Part shown: positions 8,812 through 16,802 of the stretch, one piece after another
Layout: every line of letters starts with the position of its first letter
Position numbering within the stretch: the first letter of the stretch is position 1
Source of the DNA: Dehalococcoidia bacterium
GTDB taxonomy: Bacteria; Chloroflexota; Dehalococcoidia; Lucifugimonadales; UBA3495
Direction: 5' to 3'
DNA: 64,000 bases
NCBI GenBank assembly: GCA_965207865.1
Contig: CBDBNP010000006.1
Coordinates: 843,147-907,146 of the forward strand
Made by a program: the position numbers and the translations under genes
Notes under the pieces: model-generated
Seen by the model: the letters and a program-made list of their open reading frames with translations, nothing else
Told to the model about the DNA's origin: nothing
Database searches by the model: none

Positions 8812-9171
8812 CTAGATGGACCTGGCCCGGAGTGGCTTGGTTACCAGGCGTTCTTCCGCCGGGTCTACCATCAGGTTAAATATTTGCAGAGTGGTAGCCC
8901 CGAGCAGGAATTCTCCCTCAACACCGAAAATAACCGGGCAGGGAAACTCCCTTCCATCAATGCCGAACAGGGCCATTCCGTAACCGTATTCAACCTCGCT
9001 TCCGCCTGCAATGGTAAAGAATCTGTATTCCAGAGGGGAAACGCCGTGTTTCGCAAGGAGTGAGTTCGGCATCACTGAATGGGCTGCTCCGGTGTCCACC
9101 AACGCAGTAACGGGTGTGAGTTCGGCAGCACCGATTCTGCCCACGCCCACTTGCACCTCGAATAGCCCCAT
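8812..9171 (-). CDS. retropepsin-like (clan AA) aspartyl protease, single domain
   Basis: 119 aa from ATG 9171. The longer track ORF would overlap pdxS. Active-site motif ALVDTGAAHSVMP and a C-terminal LLGATTLQIFNLMVDP. Sits exactly between pdxS and pdxT with 25-nt gaps. Confidence 0.65.
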   Translation of the reverse strand: MGLFEVQVGVGRIGAAELTPVTALVDTGAAHSVMPNSLLAKHGVSPLEYRFFTIAGGSEVEYGYGMALFGIDGREFPCPVIFGVEGEFLLGATTLQIFNLMVDPAEERLVTKPLRARSI

Positions 9172-9196
9172 CGCCGATCCTCTTTGCTGGAGTACC

Positions 9197-10090
9197 CTAG
9201 ACGCTCCGGGGCGCCAGGAGCTCGCCCGTGGGGATGTCGCGGACATTGCGTCCCACCATGGGCTCGCCCAGGTCCTTGGAGACGTCGGCCAGTATCTTCG
9301 GGTCCTGGTAGTGGGTCACTGCCTGTACGATGGCGTGAGCGCGACTCGCCGGGTCGCCGGACTTGAATATACCGGAGCCGACAAACACGCCGTCCGCGCC
9401 AAGCTGCATCATCAGGGCAGCATCAGCGGGAGTCGCCACGCCGCCAGCCGCAAAATTCACCACCGGGAGCCGTCCCTGCTCACGAGTTTCCTGGAGCAGT
9501 TCCAGGGACACCTGCAGGTCCCTGGCTTCGACCACCATCTCGTCGTCGGGCATGGTCCGCAGCTTGCGGATGTTGTCCTGCACTGCGCGCATGTGCCGCA
9601 CGGCCTCAACCACGTCGCCCGTGCCAGCCTCGCCCTTGGTGCGTATCATGGCCGCGCCCTCGGATATCCGGCGCAGGGCCTCGCCCAAGTCGCGGCAACC
9701 GCAGACAAAGGGGACCTTGAAATCGTGCTTCCAGACGTGATGGGTCTCATCGGCAGGCGTGAGCACCTCCGACTCGTCGATGTAGTCGACGCCCATGGCC
9801 TCTAGAATCTGGGCCTCAACGAAATGACCGATGCGCACCTTGGCCATGACCGGAATGGTTACGGCGTCCATAATGCGCTGAATTATCGCCGGGTCGGTCA
9901 TCCGGGCCACGCCACCATCGGCGCGGATGTCGGCAGGAACACGCTCGAGGGCCATAACGGCCACCGCTCCCGCCTCTGCGGCGATCTGGGCCTGTTCCGG
10001 GGTGACCACGTCCATGATGACGCCGCCCTTGAGCATCTGGGCGTGCCCCGACTTGACGGTGAAAGTTCCGGTCAAAATGTCTACAGCCAT
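9197..10090 (-). CDS. pdxS: pyridoxal 5'-phosphate synthase lyase subunit
   Basis: ...[43 protein letters not shown]...[31 protein letters not shown]... is unmistakable PdxS. ATG 10090 has GGAGG ~10 nt upstream. Confidence 0.93.
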   Translation of the reverse strand: MAVDILTGTFTVKSGHAQMLKGGVIMDVVTPEQAQIAAEAGAVAVMALERVPADIRADGGVARMTDPAIIQRIMDAVTIPVMAKVRIGHFVEAQILEAMGVDYIDESEVLTPADETHHVWKHDFKVPFVCGCRDLGEALRRISEGAAMIRTKGEAGTGDVVEAVRHMRAVQDNIRKLRTMPDDEMVVEARDLQVSLELLQETREQGRLPVVNFAAGGVATPADAALMMQLGADGVFVGSGIFKSGDPASRAHAIVQAVTHYQDPKILADVSKDLGEPMVGRNVRDIPTGELLAPRSV

Positions 10091-10456
10091 TTCCAACAAT
10101 CCTCCGGCTGCGCCGCGTCATAACTGCAGGACAGCCCGGTTCTATTCCCGAATGTGAGCCAGCGCGGCCGGCCCACTATCTGTTAATCGTCTGCGAACTA
10201 ATTCGTAATTATACGAGCCGAGACCAGTCTAAGCAATTGCGGGCACCTCCTGCAGCGACTTCAACGAATAGAGACCCAGGACTGGATCCCATTGACACTT
10301 TTTGGTGGCCGAACTTCCGGAAAGACGGCAAGAGAAGCGAAGACAGACACAACTCGCTACTACGCAATAAACCAGTACAACCGGCTGCAGGAGAGCGGCT
10401 GGCCTTTCACAATGAAGGAACCGGAGTGCTGGCAAGAACACGCAATGGTGGAGAAA

Positions 10457-11488
10457 CTAACAGCTGCCTTCCTCGCTGGCCTCCAGCGATTGGACCATCC
10501 GGTTCATGAAGGCAGCCAGATGACGGATGCCGGCGATCCCGACCTGATAGCTCATTCGCGTCGGGCCAACCACGCAGATGGCGCCTCCCACTCCTCCAAG
10601 GCGGCCATAGCGGCAAACGATGACCCCAAAGGGACGCAGTGATTCCTCGGAGTTCTCCCCACCGATGGTCACCCGTGGATCGCTCTCGTTCGTGGCGGCG
10701 ATGATGCGTTCCAGCATCACCCGTTCCTCGATCATCTGCACCAGTAGCCGGGCGCGTTCTCCGGCAGCGAACTCCGGCTGGTTCAGCAGGCGGCTTAGCC
10801 CCTCGACGTGGTGCTCCGGAAGGTCGGCCTCCTCGGACTCCTTCATGACTTCCATCGTGGCGCCCACTACTTTTTGCTCCGATGGGTCAAGCGACAGGGT
10901 CAGGGACTTGATCTGGTCCCGGTCGAGGCCGGTCAGGGAGCAGTTGAGCCGCTCGGCAATCTGGTCCAGGTGCTGCTGGGTGACGGGTTCGGCGAGGGTG
11001 AGCATGCGCTTCAGCACCCGCATCTCGTCGAGGACGATCACCAGCAGCGCGACGGTTTCCTGCAGGAAAACCAGGTGCAGCCGTTTCAGCCGTGGGGAGG
11101 TCGAGCGGGGTTCGGTCACGATGGCCAGGTTGGCCGTCATCTGCGACAGAACTGCGGCGCACCGGCGGGCCCACCCGGCGGCATCGCGCTCGACGCCTCC
11201 CAGGGTCAGGTCCACCCGTCGGCGCAGGCGGCCGGGGAGTTCCGGCCACTTGTCCAGCGACTCCACGTAGTGGCGGTACCCGAGGTCGGAGGGGACGCCT
11301 CCAGCCGACACGTGGGGCCTCGAAATGTAGCCCTCCTCGGTGAGCTGGGACATGGTGCTTCGTACCGTGGCCGAGCTGACCCTGAGGGCAGGGCTGCGAG
11401 CGATACCGTCCGACGCCACGGGTGTGGCTGTCTGAACGTATTCGTCGACGACTAGATTGAGGATGGTTGATGCGCGGTCATTCAGCAT
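10457..11488 (-). CDS. hrcA: heat-inducible transcription repressor HrcA
   Basis: MLNDRASTILNLVVDEYVQTATPVASDGIA......VSSATVRSTMSQLTEEGYISRPHVSAGGVPSDLGYR is the typical HrcA N-terminus. The track ORF extends to 11569, but the promoter elements lie inside that extension. Confidence 0.85.
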   Translation of the reverse strand: MLNDRASTILNLVVDEYVQTATPVASDGIARSPALRVSSATVRSTMSQLTEEGYISRPHVSAGGVPSDLGYRHYVESLDKWPELPGRLRRRVDLTLGGVERDAAGWARRCAAVLSQMTANLAIVTEPRSTSPRLKRLHLVFLQETVALLVIVLDEMRVLKRMLTLAEPVTQQHLDQIAERLNCSLTGLDRDQIKSLTLSLDPSEQKVVGATMEVMKESEEADLPEHHVEGLSRLLNQPEFAAGERARLLVQMIEERVMLERIIAATNESDPRVTIGGENSEESLRPFGVIVCRYGRLGGVGGAICVVGPTRMSYQVGIAGIRHLAAFMNRMVQSLEASEEGSC

Positions 11489-11559
11489 CGGCTGTGCCCC
11501 CGGTGCGGGCATTACCGGGCCCAGGCCGGCGGGGCTTCCGCCCGAATCGCTATAAGCCG

Positions 11560-11588
11560 AAGCTAGCACAGCGCAGGTGGAGTGTCAA
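11560..11588 (-). promoter_or_regulatory. sigma70-type promoter for hrcA
   Basis: Minus strand reads TTGACA-17 nt-TAGCTT. The -35 is the reverse complement of 11583..11588 and the -10 of 11560..11565. Confidence 0.45.
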
Positions 11589-11641
11589 ACCTGTTATGCA
11601 CCGACCAGACTGCGAAATTCGTCCGCGTCCGGCGATATTCG

Positions 11642-11670
11642 TTGACCGCAATTCCGGGTGGTTCTATACT
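11642..11670 (+). promoter_or_regulatory. near-consensus sigma70-type promoter for bioY
   Basis: TTGACC (11642-11647), 17-nt spacer, TATACT (11665-11670). Lies inside the over-extended track ORF 11582..12418. Confidence 0.55.
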
Positions 11671-11716
11671 CGTACTGCGGCCTTTTTCGTTGTACGGTCG
11701 CCAGATTTTCGGGCGG

Positions 11717-12418
11717 GTGTGTGCTGTGTATTATCAGTCCAACGTTGCGGCCCTGGCAGATGTGGTTCTGCCGGTGGAGGAATTCAGGGCGCGGGTGGCC
11801 AGGGACGCGCTCCTCATCGTCGGGTTCACCCTCTTTGTGGTCCTATTCGCCCGGCTCTCCGTCCACCTGCCATTCACGCCGGTGCCGGTAACGGGGCAGA
11901 CCTTTGCCATGCTGGTCACCGGCGCGGCCCTGGGCAGCTGGCGCGGCGCCTCGTCCCTGGGCCTGTACCTCGTGCTCGGCATGTTCCTGCCGGTCTACGC
12001 GGGTTCTGCCGACGGGTATCTCTGGCAGGGGGGCGTGGGCGAGTACGTGTTCGGCTTCAGTTCCGGAAGCTCGGGGTTCATCTGGCAGATGGCCTCCGGC
12101 GGCTACATCATCGGGTTCGTGGCTGCGGCCTGGCTGGTCGGGTACCTGTCCGAGCGCGGTTTCGGCAGCAACGCCTGGGCCCTGCCCGTGCTGCTCGCCG
12201 GCAACGTGCTGGTGTACGTGCCGGGCCTGATCCAGCTCTCGCTGTTCGCGCCGGAGGGCAAGACGCTGGAGTGGGGCCTGTACCCGTTCATCGCAGGCGA
12301 CCTGATCAAGCTGTTCCTGGCGGCGGTCCTGGTGCCTGCGGCCTGGGGGCTGGCCAACTGGTTCCGGGGCGACGAGGATGATTCCGGTCGCCGTTCCGGC
12401 AACGACCGCTGGCTCTAG
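11717..12418 (+). CDS. bioY: biotin transporter BioY family protein
   Basis: ...LSVHLPFTPVPVTGQTFAMLVTGAALG...GGYIIGF..AAW..G..... is the BioY signature (PVPxTxQT). The start is placed at GTG 11717, downstream of the promoter, and remains uncertain (11717/11726). Confidence 0.8.
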   Translation: MCAVYYQSNVAALADVVLPVEEFRARVARDALLIVGFTLFVVLFARLSVHLPFTPVPVTGQTFAMLVTGAALGSWRGASSLGLYLVLGMFLPVYAGSADGYLWQGGVGEYVFGFSSGSSGFIWQMASGGYIIGFVAAAWLVGYLSERGFGSNAWALPVLLAGNVLVYVPGLIQLSLFAPEGKTLEWGLYPFIAGDLIKLFLAAVLVPAAWGLANWFRGDEDDSGRRSGNDRWL

Positions 12419-12491
12419 CGGAGGAACCTGACCTTAAGCCCGGCCTTATGGCGGGAGCCCGGCCTTCAAGGCAGCGACAGGGAGGGGAAAC

Positions 12492-13133
12492 ATGGACCTG
12501 GTCTGGTTGGGGCACGCTTCATTCCGCCTGCACTCGCAGGGGATGGTGGTGGTGACCGATCCGTTCCCCGAGTCGCTGGGGCTGCGGATCGACGGGCGCC
12601 CCGCCGACGTCGTCACCATCAGCAACACGCATCCCAACCACTCGGCCTCGGACACGGTGGGTGGCGAGCCGCGGCTGTTCCGGGCGCCCGGCGAGTACGA
12701 GTTCAACCACGTGGTCGTGCGCGGCGTGATGACGCCTCTGCCCGAGGGCGCTCCCCACGAGCAGCGTAACGTCGCCTACGCCATCGAGATGGACGGCATC
12801 AGCGTCTGCCACCTGGGCGACCTGACGCGTCCGCTGACCACGCGCCAGGTGGAGGAGCTCAAGCCCGTGGACGTGGCGCTGGTGCCCGCCGGCGGGCAGT
12901 GCACCCTCAGCCTGGACCAGGCGCTCCAGACGATCCAGGACCTGGACCCGAGGGTGGTGGTGCCCATGCACTACGGCCACGGCCAGGAGGGCCTGGCCCT
13001 CGACGGCGTGGAGCCCTTCCTGCGGCGCATGGGCCTGGAGGACGAGACGCAGCCTCAGCCCCGCCTCGTGATCACCCCCAGCAACCTGCCCTCGGACCTC
13101 CGCATCAACCTCCTGACCCCTCCCAGGGGGTAG
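12492..13133 (+). CDS. MBL-fold metallo-hydrolase (UPF0173-like)
   Basis: 213 aa: MDLVWLGHASFRL...VVTDPF......ADVVTISNTHPNHSA...CHLGDL...VDVALVPAGG...VVPMHY. Confidence 0.8.
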   Translation: MDLVWLGHASFRLHSQGMVVVTDPFPESLGLRIDGRPADVVTISNTHPNHSASDTVGGEPRLFRAPGEYEFNHVVVRGVMTPLPEGAPHEQRNVAYAIEMDGISVCHLGDLTRPLTTRQVEELKPVDVALVPAGGQCTLSLDQALQTIQDLDPRVVVPMHYGHGQEGLALDGVEPFLRRMGLEDETQPQPRLVITPSNLPSDLRINLLTPPRG

Positions 13134-13194
13134 GCCGCTGCGGTAGCAGCACCATCAGCGTTTCCCAATCCCGTTCATCCTAAGCCTGTCGTAG

Positions 13195-13223
13195 GGGCGC
13201 CCACAAGGGGCGCCCTGATTTTT
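13195..13223 (+). terminator. intrinsic terminator-like hairpin
   Basis: GGGCGCCC-acaag-GGGCGCCC (self-complementary octamers) followed by TGATTTTT, downstream of the MBL gene. Confidence 0.55.
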
Positions 13224-13226
13224 CGC

Positions 13227-13397
13227 GAAACAAACAGGGCGGGCACGAGGCCCGCCCCTACGTTGGCGTGAGAGTCCCCTTGGGAAACGAACAGGGCGGG
13301 CACTAGGCCCGCCCCTACGTTGGCGCCAGGGTCCCCCTGCGAAACGAACAGGGCGGGCACTAGGCCCGCCCCTACGTTGGCGTGAGGGTCCCGCGGC
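13227..13397 (-). repeat. three tandem 57-bp repeats, each a GC hairpin plus T-rich tail (triple terminator-like array)
   Basis: Units 13227-13283, 13284-13340 and 13341-13397. On the minus strand each reads ...GGGCGGGC-ctagt-GCCCGCCC-TGTTCGTTTC. The array starts 4 nt after the stop of the 13402..14094 gene. Confidence 0.85.
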
Positions 13398-13401
13398 CCG
13401 G

Positions 13402-14094
13402 CTAGGCGGCCGCTTCCTCCTCGGCCCGCATGCGCTGGCGGGCGTGGCGCGCGGCGACGTAGAGCAGCACTCCGCCGGCCAGCACCAGCACGATGCCGCC
13501 CACGATGGCCAGCGGCGGTATGCGCGTCACGGCGGTGTCGCCGGTCACCGGCAGGATGGCCGTGGGCGTTGGCTCGGGAATGGCCGTCGGCGGCACGGGC
13601 GTCGGCTCCGGCGTGGCCGTGGGCTCGGGCGTCGCGGTCGGCTCCGGCGTGGCCGTGGGCTCGGGCGTCGGCGTCGCCGCCCGGGGCAGCGGCTCGTTGA
13701 ACGTCAGGTCCTGGGTATACAGGTCGTAGACGCCGTAGAACTCGCGGGTCTCCGAGGCCTGGATGCTGCCGTGCTCGTTGACGATGTGGAAGGTGACGTC
13801 GCGGCCGATCATCCGGCGGTCGGTGGGCTCGATGATCAGGCCGGTGTAGGCGCCGCCCTCGCCCACGCTGGCGACGGCGGTCTGGTAGGTGTCGCAGCCG
13901 TCGACGCAGGCCACGATCTGTATGCCCGCCGGGACGGGGATGTCCAGGATCGTCGCGGTGCCGGAGTAGTAGTCCTGCAGCAGCGGCTGCAGCGGGCGCT
14001 TGTCCTGCTCCTGGCCCGGTACGGCGGCCGCGATCCCCAGCATCAACATCGCCGCCAGTATCGCCAGCGGCCACACCGTCCTCTTCGAAATCAC
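13402..14094 (-). CDS. secreted surface protein with LPXTG-type C-terminal sorting signal
   Basis: Signal peptide MISKRTVWPLAILAAMLMLGIAAA, a ~100-aa domain, a (TPEPTA)n linker, then LPVTGD + hydrophobic IPPLAIVGGIVLVLAGGVLLYVAA + RHARQRMR. Confidence 0.8.
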   Translation of the reverse strand: MISKRTVWPLAILAAMLMLGIAAAVPGQEQDKRPLQPLLQDYYSGTATILDIPVPAGIQIVACVDGCDTYQTAVASVGEGGAYTGLIIEPTDRRMIGRDVTFHIVNEHGSIQASETREFYGVYDLYTQDLTFNEPLPRAATPTPEPTATPEPTATPEPTATPEPTPVPPTAIPEPTPTAILPVTGDTAVTRIPPLAIVGGIVLVLAGGVLLYVAARHARQRMRAEEEAAA

Positions 14095-14244
14095 GTCCGC
14101 ACCTCCCTCAACGCCACGAGTCCAGTTGCTTTACATTCTGTCGCATTTTTATATTAATTTCAATATTTGTACTAACTGTGATTGGTCGGATTGGCGGGGT
14201 TGTTTGAACTGTGATTCGTGTGATTTTGGGATGGTTGGAGATTC

Positions 14245-14280
14245 GCCCTCACCCTAACCCTCTCCCAGGGGGAGAGGGGA
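14245..14280. repeat. family-B hairpin repeat (CCCTCTCC...GGAGAGGG)
   Basis: CGCCCTCACCCTAACCCTCTCCCAGGGGGAGAGGGGA. A near-identical copy at 14347-14383 is the IS target. Related copies lie at ~35371-35400, ~35771-35806, ~38778-38812 and ~55497-55526. Confidence 0.8.
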
Positions 14281-14309
14281 CTGTTGCGGGGGAGGGGCCA
14301 ATATCGAAA

Positions 14310-14340
14310 CCTCTGTGCTCTCTGTGCCCTCTGTGTTGAA
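14310..14340. repeat. family-A repeat, solo arm (CCTCTGTGCTCTCTGTGCCCTCTGTGTTGAA)
   Basis: Identical to the right arm of the 20237..20366 element apart from its terminal TTGAA versus TTTAA. Confidence 0.8.
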
Positions 14341-14398
14341 ACCGTCGCCCTCACCCTAACCCTCTCCCAGGGGGGAGAGGGGACAGGAGGGGGAGAGG

Positions 14399-15734
14399 CT
14401 GAAAGGGGTATGTAAAGGGTTTTCAGGGGGGCGCGTGGCAGGTAATTTCCAGGTTGGGCTTGGGTGTGGGCCAGGGTTCGGGCAGCAGCCAGACCTGGGT
14501 CCAGAGCCTTCCCTTGAGCATCAGCCGTCTCAGCCAGTTGACGCCGTGGCGGAATACGCTGACGATGCGGGGCGGACGGCTCCGAGGGTCCCGGTGATTG
14601 GGAGCCAGAGCCATGGGCGGCTTTCTCAGGTTGCCCGGGGCGATTTTGCGGTCATGGGCGTCCTCCACTCTGGTGCCATAGGCCAGGGCCAGCAGGGTGG
14701 CCACCGAGAGCACCAGCCAGTGGCGGGAGACGCGAGCGGGGTCGGTGCGCTGGGTCTTGTCCCACTTCCAGCCCAGGCTCTTGAGGGCCTTGAAGCCCAG
14801 CTCGATCCAGAAGCGCAGGGCGTACCAGCTGGGTCCCACCTTGTCGGGCGCCAGGTCGGTGAGGATGATCCAGGGTTCCTCCTGCTCGGAGTACCAGACC
14901 ACCAGCAGGGTGCACCGGCGTTTGGCCTTGGTGGTGCTGAAGGCGGTGCCACGGCCGATCCACGCCGTATCGGGACGGGAGACGAAACGATGGGCGGGCA
15001 AACGTTTGCCACCGTCGGCGCAGAAAGTGATGTTCTTCCGGTAGCGCATACCGGGATGCCAGCCCTGGGCGCGTATCTGTTTCCACAGCTTGGGACTGGC
15101 GATGCCCCGGTCGCAGAGCACGATTACGGTCTTGTTCCTGGGGACCGCTGGGGCCAGTTCCTGGAGCAGCTTCACGGTGGGGTCGGCCCAGGAGCCTTTC
15201 TGGGTGGCGTGATGGATGCGCCAGGCCACGGGGATGGCGCAACTGCGGTAGAGGACGCTGATGACGATGGCGGTGGTCCGGTCGCCCTTGAGGGTGGGGT
15301 CGATGGCCAGGGCGAGATGTTCCGAATGCCACCAGGCCAGGACCCAGCGGAGCAGGGGCGCAAAGCAGAGGGTTACATCCAGTTGGGTTTTGCAGGGGCG
15401 GGCCCGGTCGCTGCCGTCGTAGAGCCACTCCCGGAGATACTGTCGAAATTTGTTCCATCCGCCCCAGGGAGAGAGGGCCGAGGCGACGGCGTTCTGGCAG
15501 GCGCTGCCGGCGAGGATGGCCCCGCAGACCCACAGCGCCAAGCCGGCCAATTGTGGCTGAGAGAGGTGAGGTAAATGCGTTTCAATAGTTTGCTGAATCT
15601 GATAGGTTTCTCTGGGAAGGCGCATGGGGGACCTCCGGTGTCTGGGTGTGTGACTAACACCAGAATGCCGGATTCTCCGGCGCGTTCCCAAGGTTCATTT
15701 GGAGCCAATTTCAGCCGTTACATACCCCTTTCAG
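14399..15734 (-). mobile_element. intact IS4-family insertion sequence (1336 bp) with 17-bp perfect terminal IRs and 11-bp target-site duplication
   Basis: IR CTGAAAGGGGTATGTAA at 14399-14415 and its exact reverse complement at 15718-15734. Flanked by direct repeats AGGGGGAGAGG at 14388-14398 and 15735-15745. Confidence 0.9.
14423..15625 (-). CDS. IS4-family DDE transposase
   Basis: ORF to 15691, likely start MRLPRETYQ at 15625. Contains VLCDRGIASPKLW and the IS4 signature Y-2-R-3-E-6-K in YALRFWIELGFKALK. Confidence 0.85.
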   Translation of the reverse strand: MRLPRETYQIQQTIETHLPHLSQPQLAGLALWVCGAILAGSACQNAVASALSPWGGWNKFRQYLREWLYDGSDRARPCKTQLDVTLCFAPLLRWVLAWWHSEHLALAIDPTLKGDRTTAIVISVLYRSCAIPVAWRIHHATQKGSWADPTVKLLQELAPAVPRNKTVIVLCDRGIASPKLWKQIRAQGWHPGMRYRKNITFCADGGKRLPAHRFVSRPDTAWIGRGTAFSTTKAKRRCTLLVVWYSEQEEPWIILTDLAPDKVGPSWYALRFWIELGFKALKSLGWKWDKTQRTDPARVSRHWLVLSVATLLALAYGTRVEDAHDRKIAPGNLRKPPMALAPNHRDPRSRPPRIVSVFRHGVNWLRRLMLKGRLWTQVWLLPEPWPTPKPNLEITCHAPP

Positions 15735-15775
15735 AGGGGGAGAGGGGAATGTTGCGGGGGAGGGGAGAACGAGAA

Positions 15776-15800
15776 AGGGGCGCCCGTTTTGGGCGCCCCT
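15776..15800 (-). terminator. intrinsic terminator-like hairpin downstream of collagen-like gene
   Basis: AGGGGCGCCC-gtttt-GGGCGCCCCT. The minus-strand reading is followed by TTTCTCGTTCTC. Confidence 0.55.
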
Positions 15801-15843
15801 GATTGGTTCCTGGGGTTGCTGAGTGCGGTGGTCAGGTCAGCGG

Positions 15844-16647
15844 TTAGCTGCCCTGGCGTCCGGCGATGAACGCGCCGCCCGCGGCGACCACGCCAACGAT
15901 GGCGATGATCAGCGCGACGATGGCGAGTGCTCCGCCGCCGCTGGGACCCTGGGCGCCGTCAGCGCCGGCAGGACCGGCGGGGCCGGCGGGACCCTGGGCT
16001 CCAGGGTCGCCCTTGCCGCCGTCAGAGCCGTCGCGGCCGTCGTTGCCGTCGTCGCCGGCGGGGCCGGTAGCGCCAGCGGGGCCAGCAGCACCGGCGGGGC
16101 CGGCGGGGCCAGCAGGACCGGTGGCGCCGGCAGGACCGGTGGCGCCGTCAGCGCCAGCCGGGCCGGGCTCGCCGTCAGCGCCACGGGCGCCGGTGGCGCC
16201 GCGCGGGCCGCGCATGGCTTCCATTTCCTCTGCCGCGGTCTTGGTCGGCGTGGGCTTGGCAGCCTCACTGGTGAAGGCCATCAGGTCGGCACGCTTGATG
16301 TCGCCGCGCATGCCTACCATGACCTCTTCCATCGAGGTCGCGTCGTACATCATCATCTCGGCGTCTTCGCCTTCGCCCATCATCATTTCGAGCGAGAACG
16401 AGACCATGGCGCCCGCATCGCCCTCAACGTCGACCTGGAACATGCCCATGGCGTCTACCGTGCCTTCGCCGGCCTTTTCGCCGTCGATCATGGCGACCAC
16501 CATGGTGCCCTCGGCGGCCATGGCGTCGTCCAGCTCGGCGGTGCCGACGACACGGAACGGAGGCTGCTGGGCCAGAGCCACCGACAGCGGCAGCGAGGCC
16601 AGCAGCGCCAGCACACTCAGCAGTGCCACTATTCTGGTTACGGTCAT
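15844..16647 (-). CDS. secreted collagen-like triple-helix-repeat protein with C-terminal TM anchor
   Basis: Signal peptide [26 protein letters not shown] and a Met/Glu-rich ~110-aa domain. About 30 uninterrupted G-X-Y triplets follow ([28 protein letters not shown]...), then the hydrophobic [24 protein letters not shown]. Confidence 0.8.
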   Translation of the reverse strand: MTVTRIVALLSVLALLASLPLSVALAQQPPFRVVGTAELDDAMAAEGTMVVAMIDGEKAGEGTVDAMGMFQVDVEGDAGAMVSFSLEMMMGEGEDAEMMMYDATSMEEVMVGMRGDIKRADLMAFTSEAAKPTPTKTAAEEMEAMRGPRGATGARGADGEPGPAGADGATGPAGATGPAGPAGPAGAAGPAGATGPAGDDGNDGRDGSDGGKGDPGAQGPAGPAGPAGADGAQGPSGGGALAIVALIIAIVGVVAAGGAFIAGRQGS

Positions 16648-16802
16648 TCTTTCCTCCTTGTCTTTCGCTGACGCGGTTGCGTCAACGCGCCTGCGGGCGG
16701 GGATGGACCCCGGCCCGTTGGTGGTGGGGAGGCCCCCCGATCAGATCGAGGCGCGGCCTCCCCGTGGCTCACGGGAATCATCCCGTTTGCTGAGTGTTTG
16801 CC

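Noticed and set aside
11563-11589. CIRCE-like inverted repeat upstream of hrcA
   Set aside because: Only ~6/9 and 7/9 matches to the consensus arms, with an 8-nt rather than 9-nt spacer. The same bases are better explained as the -35 (TTGACA) and -10 of a minus-strand promoter. The GTGTCAAAC word recurs at two unrelated LLM promoters.
13227-13397. Regularly spaced GC-rich repeats that at first glance resemble a mini CRISPR array
   Set aside because: The 57-bp units are directly contiguous, with no unique spacers. There are only three copies. Each is a hairpin plus T tract placed right after a stop codon, and no cas genes are nearby. Interpreted as a tandem terminator-like repeat.
13175-14074. 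299-aa minus-strand ORF and 13444..14157 plus-strand ORF overlapping the LPXTG protein gene and the tandem repeats
   Set aside because: The out-of-frame reading runs through the repeat array, producing the triple NVGAGLVPALFVSQGD artefact. The in-frame alternative has a signal peptide and a sorting signal.
14435-15574. 379-aa plus-strand ORF inside the IS element
   Set aside because: Antisense to the transposase that carries the IS4 YREK signature. Gly/Ala/Pro-rich with no motif.
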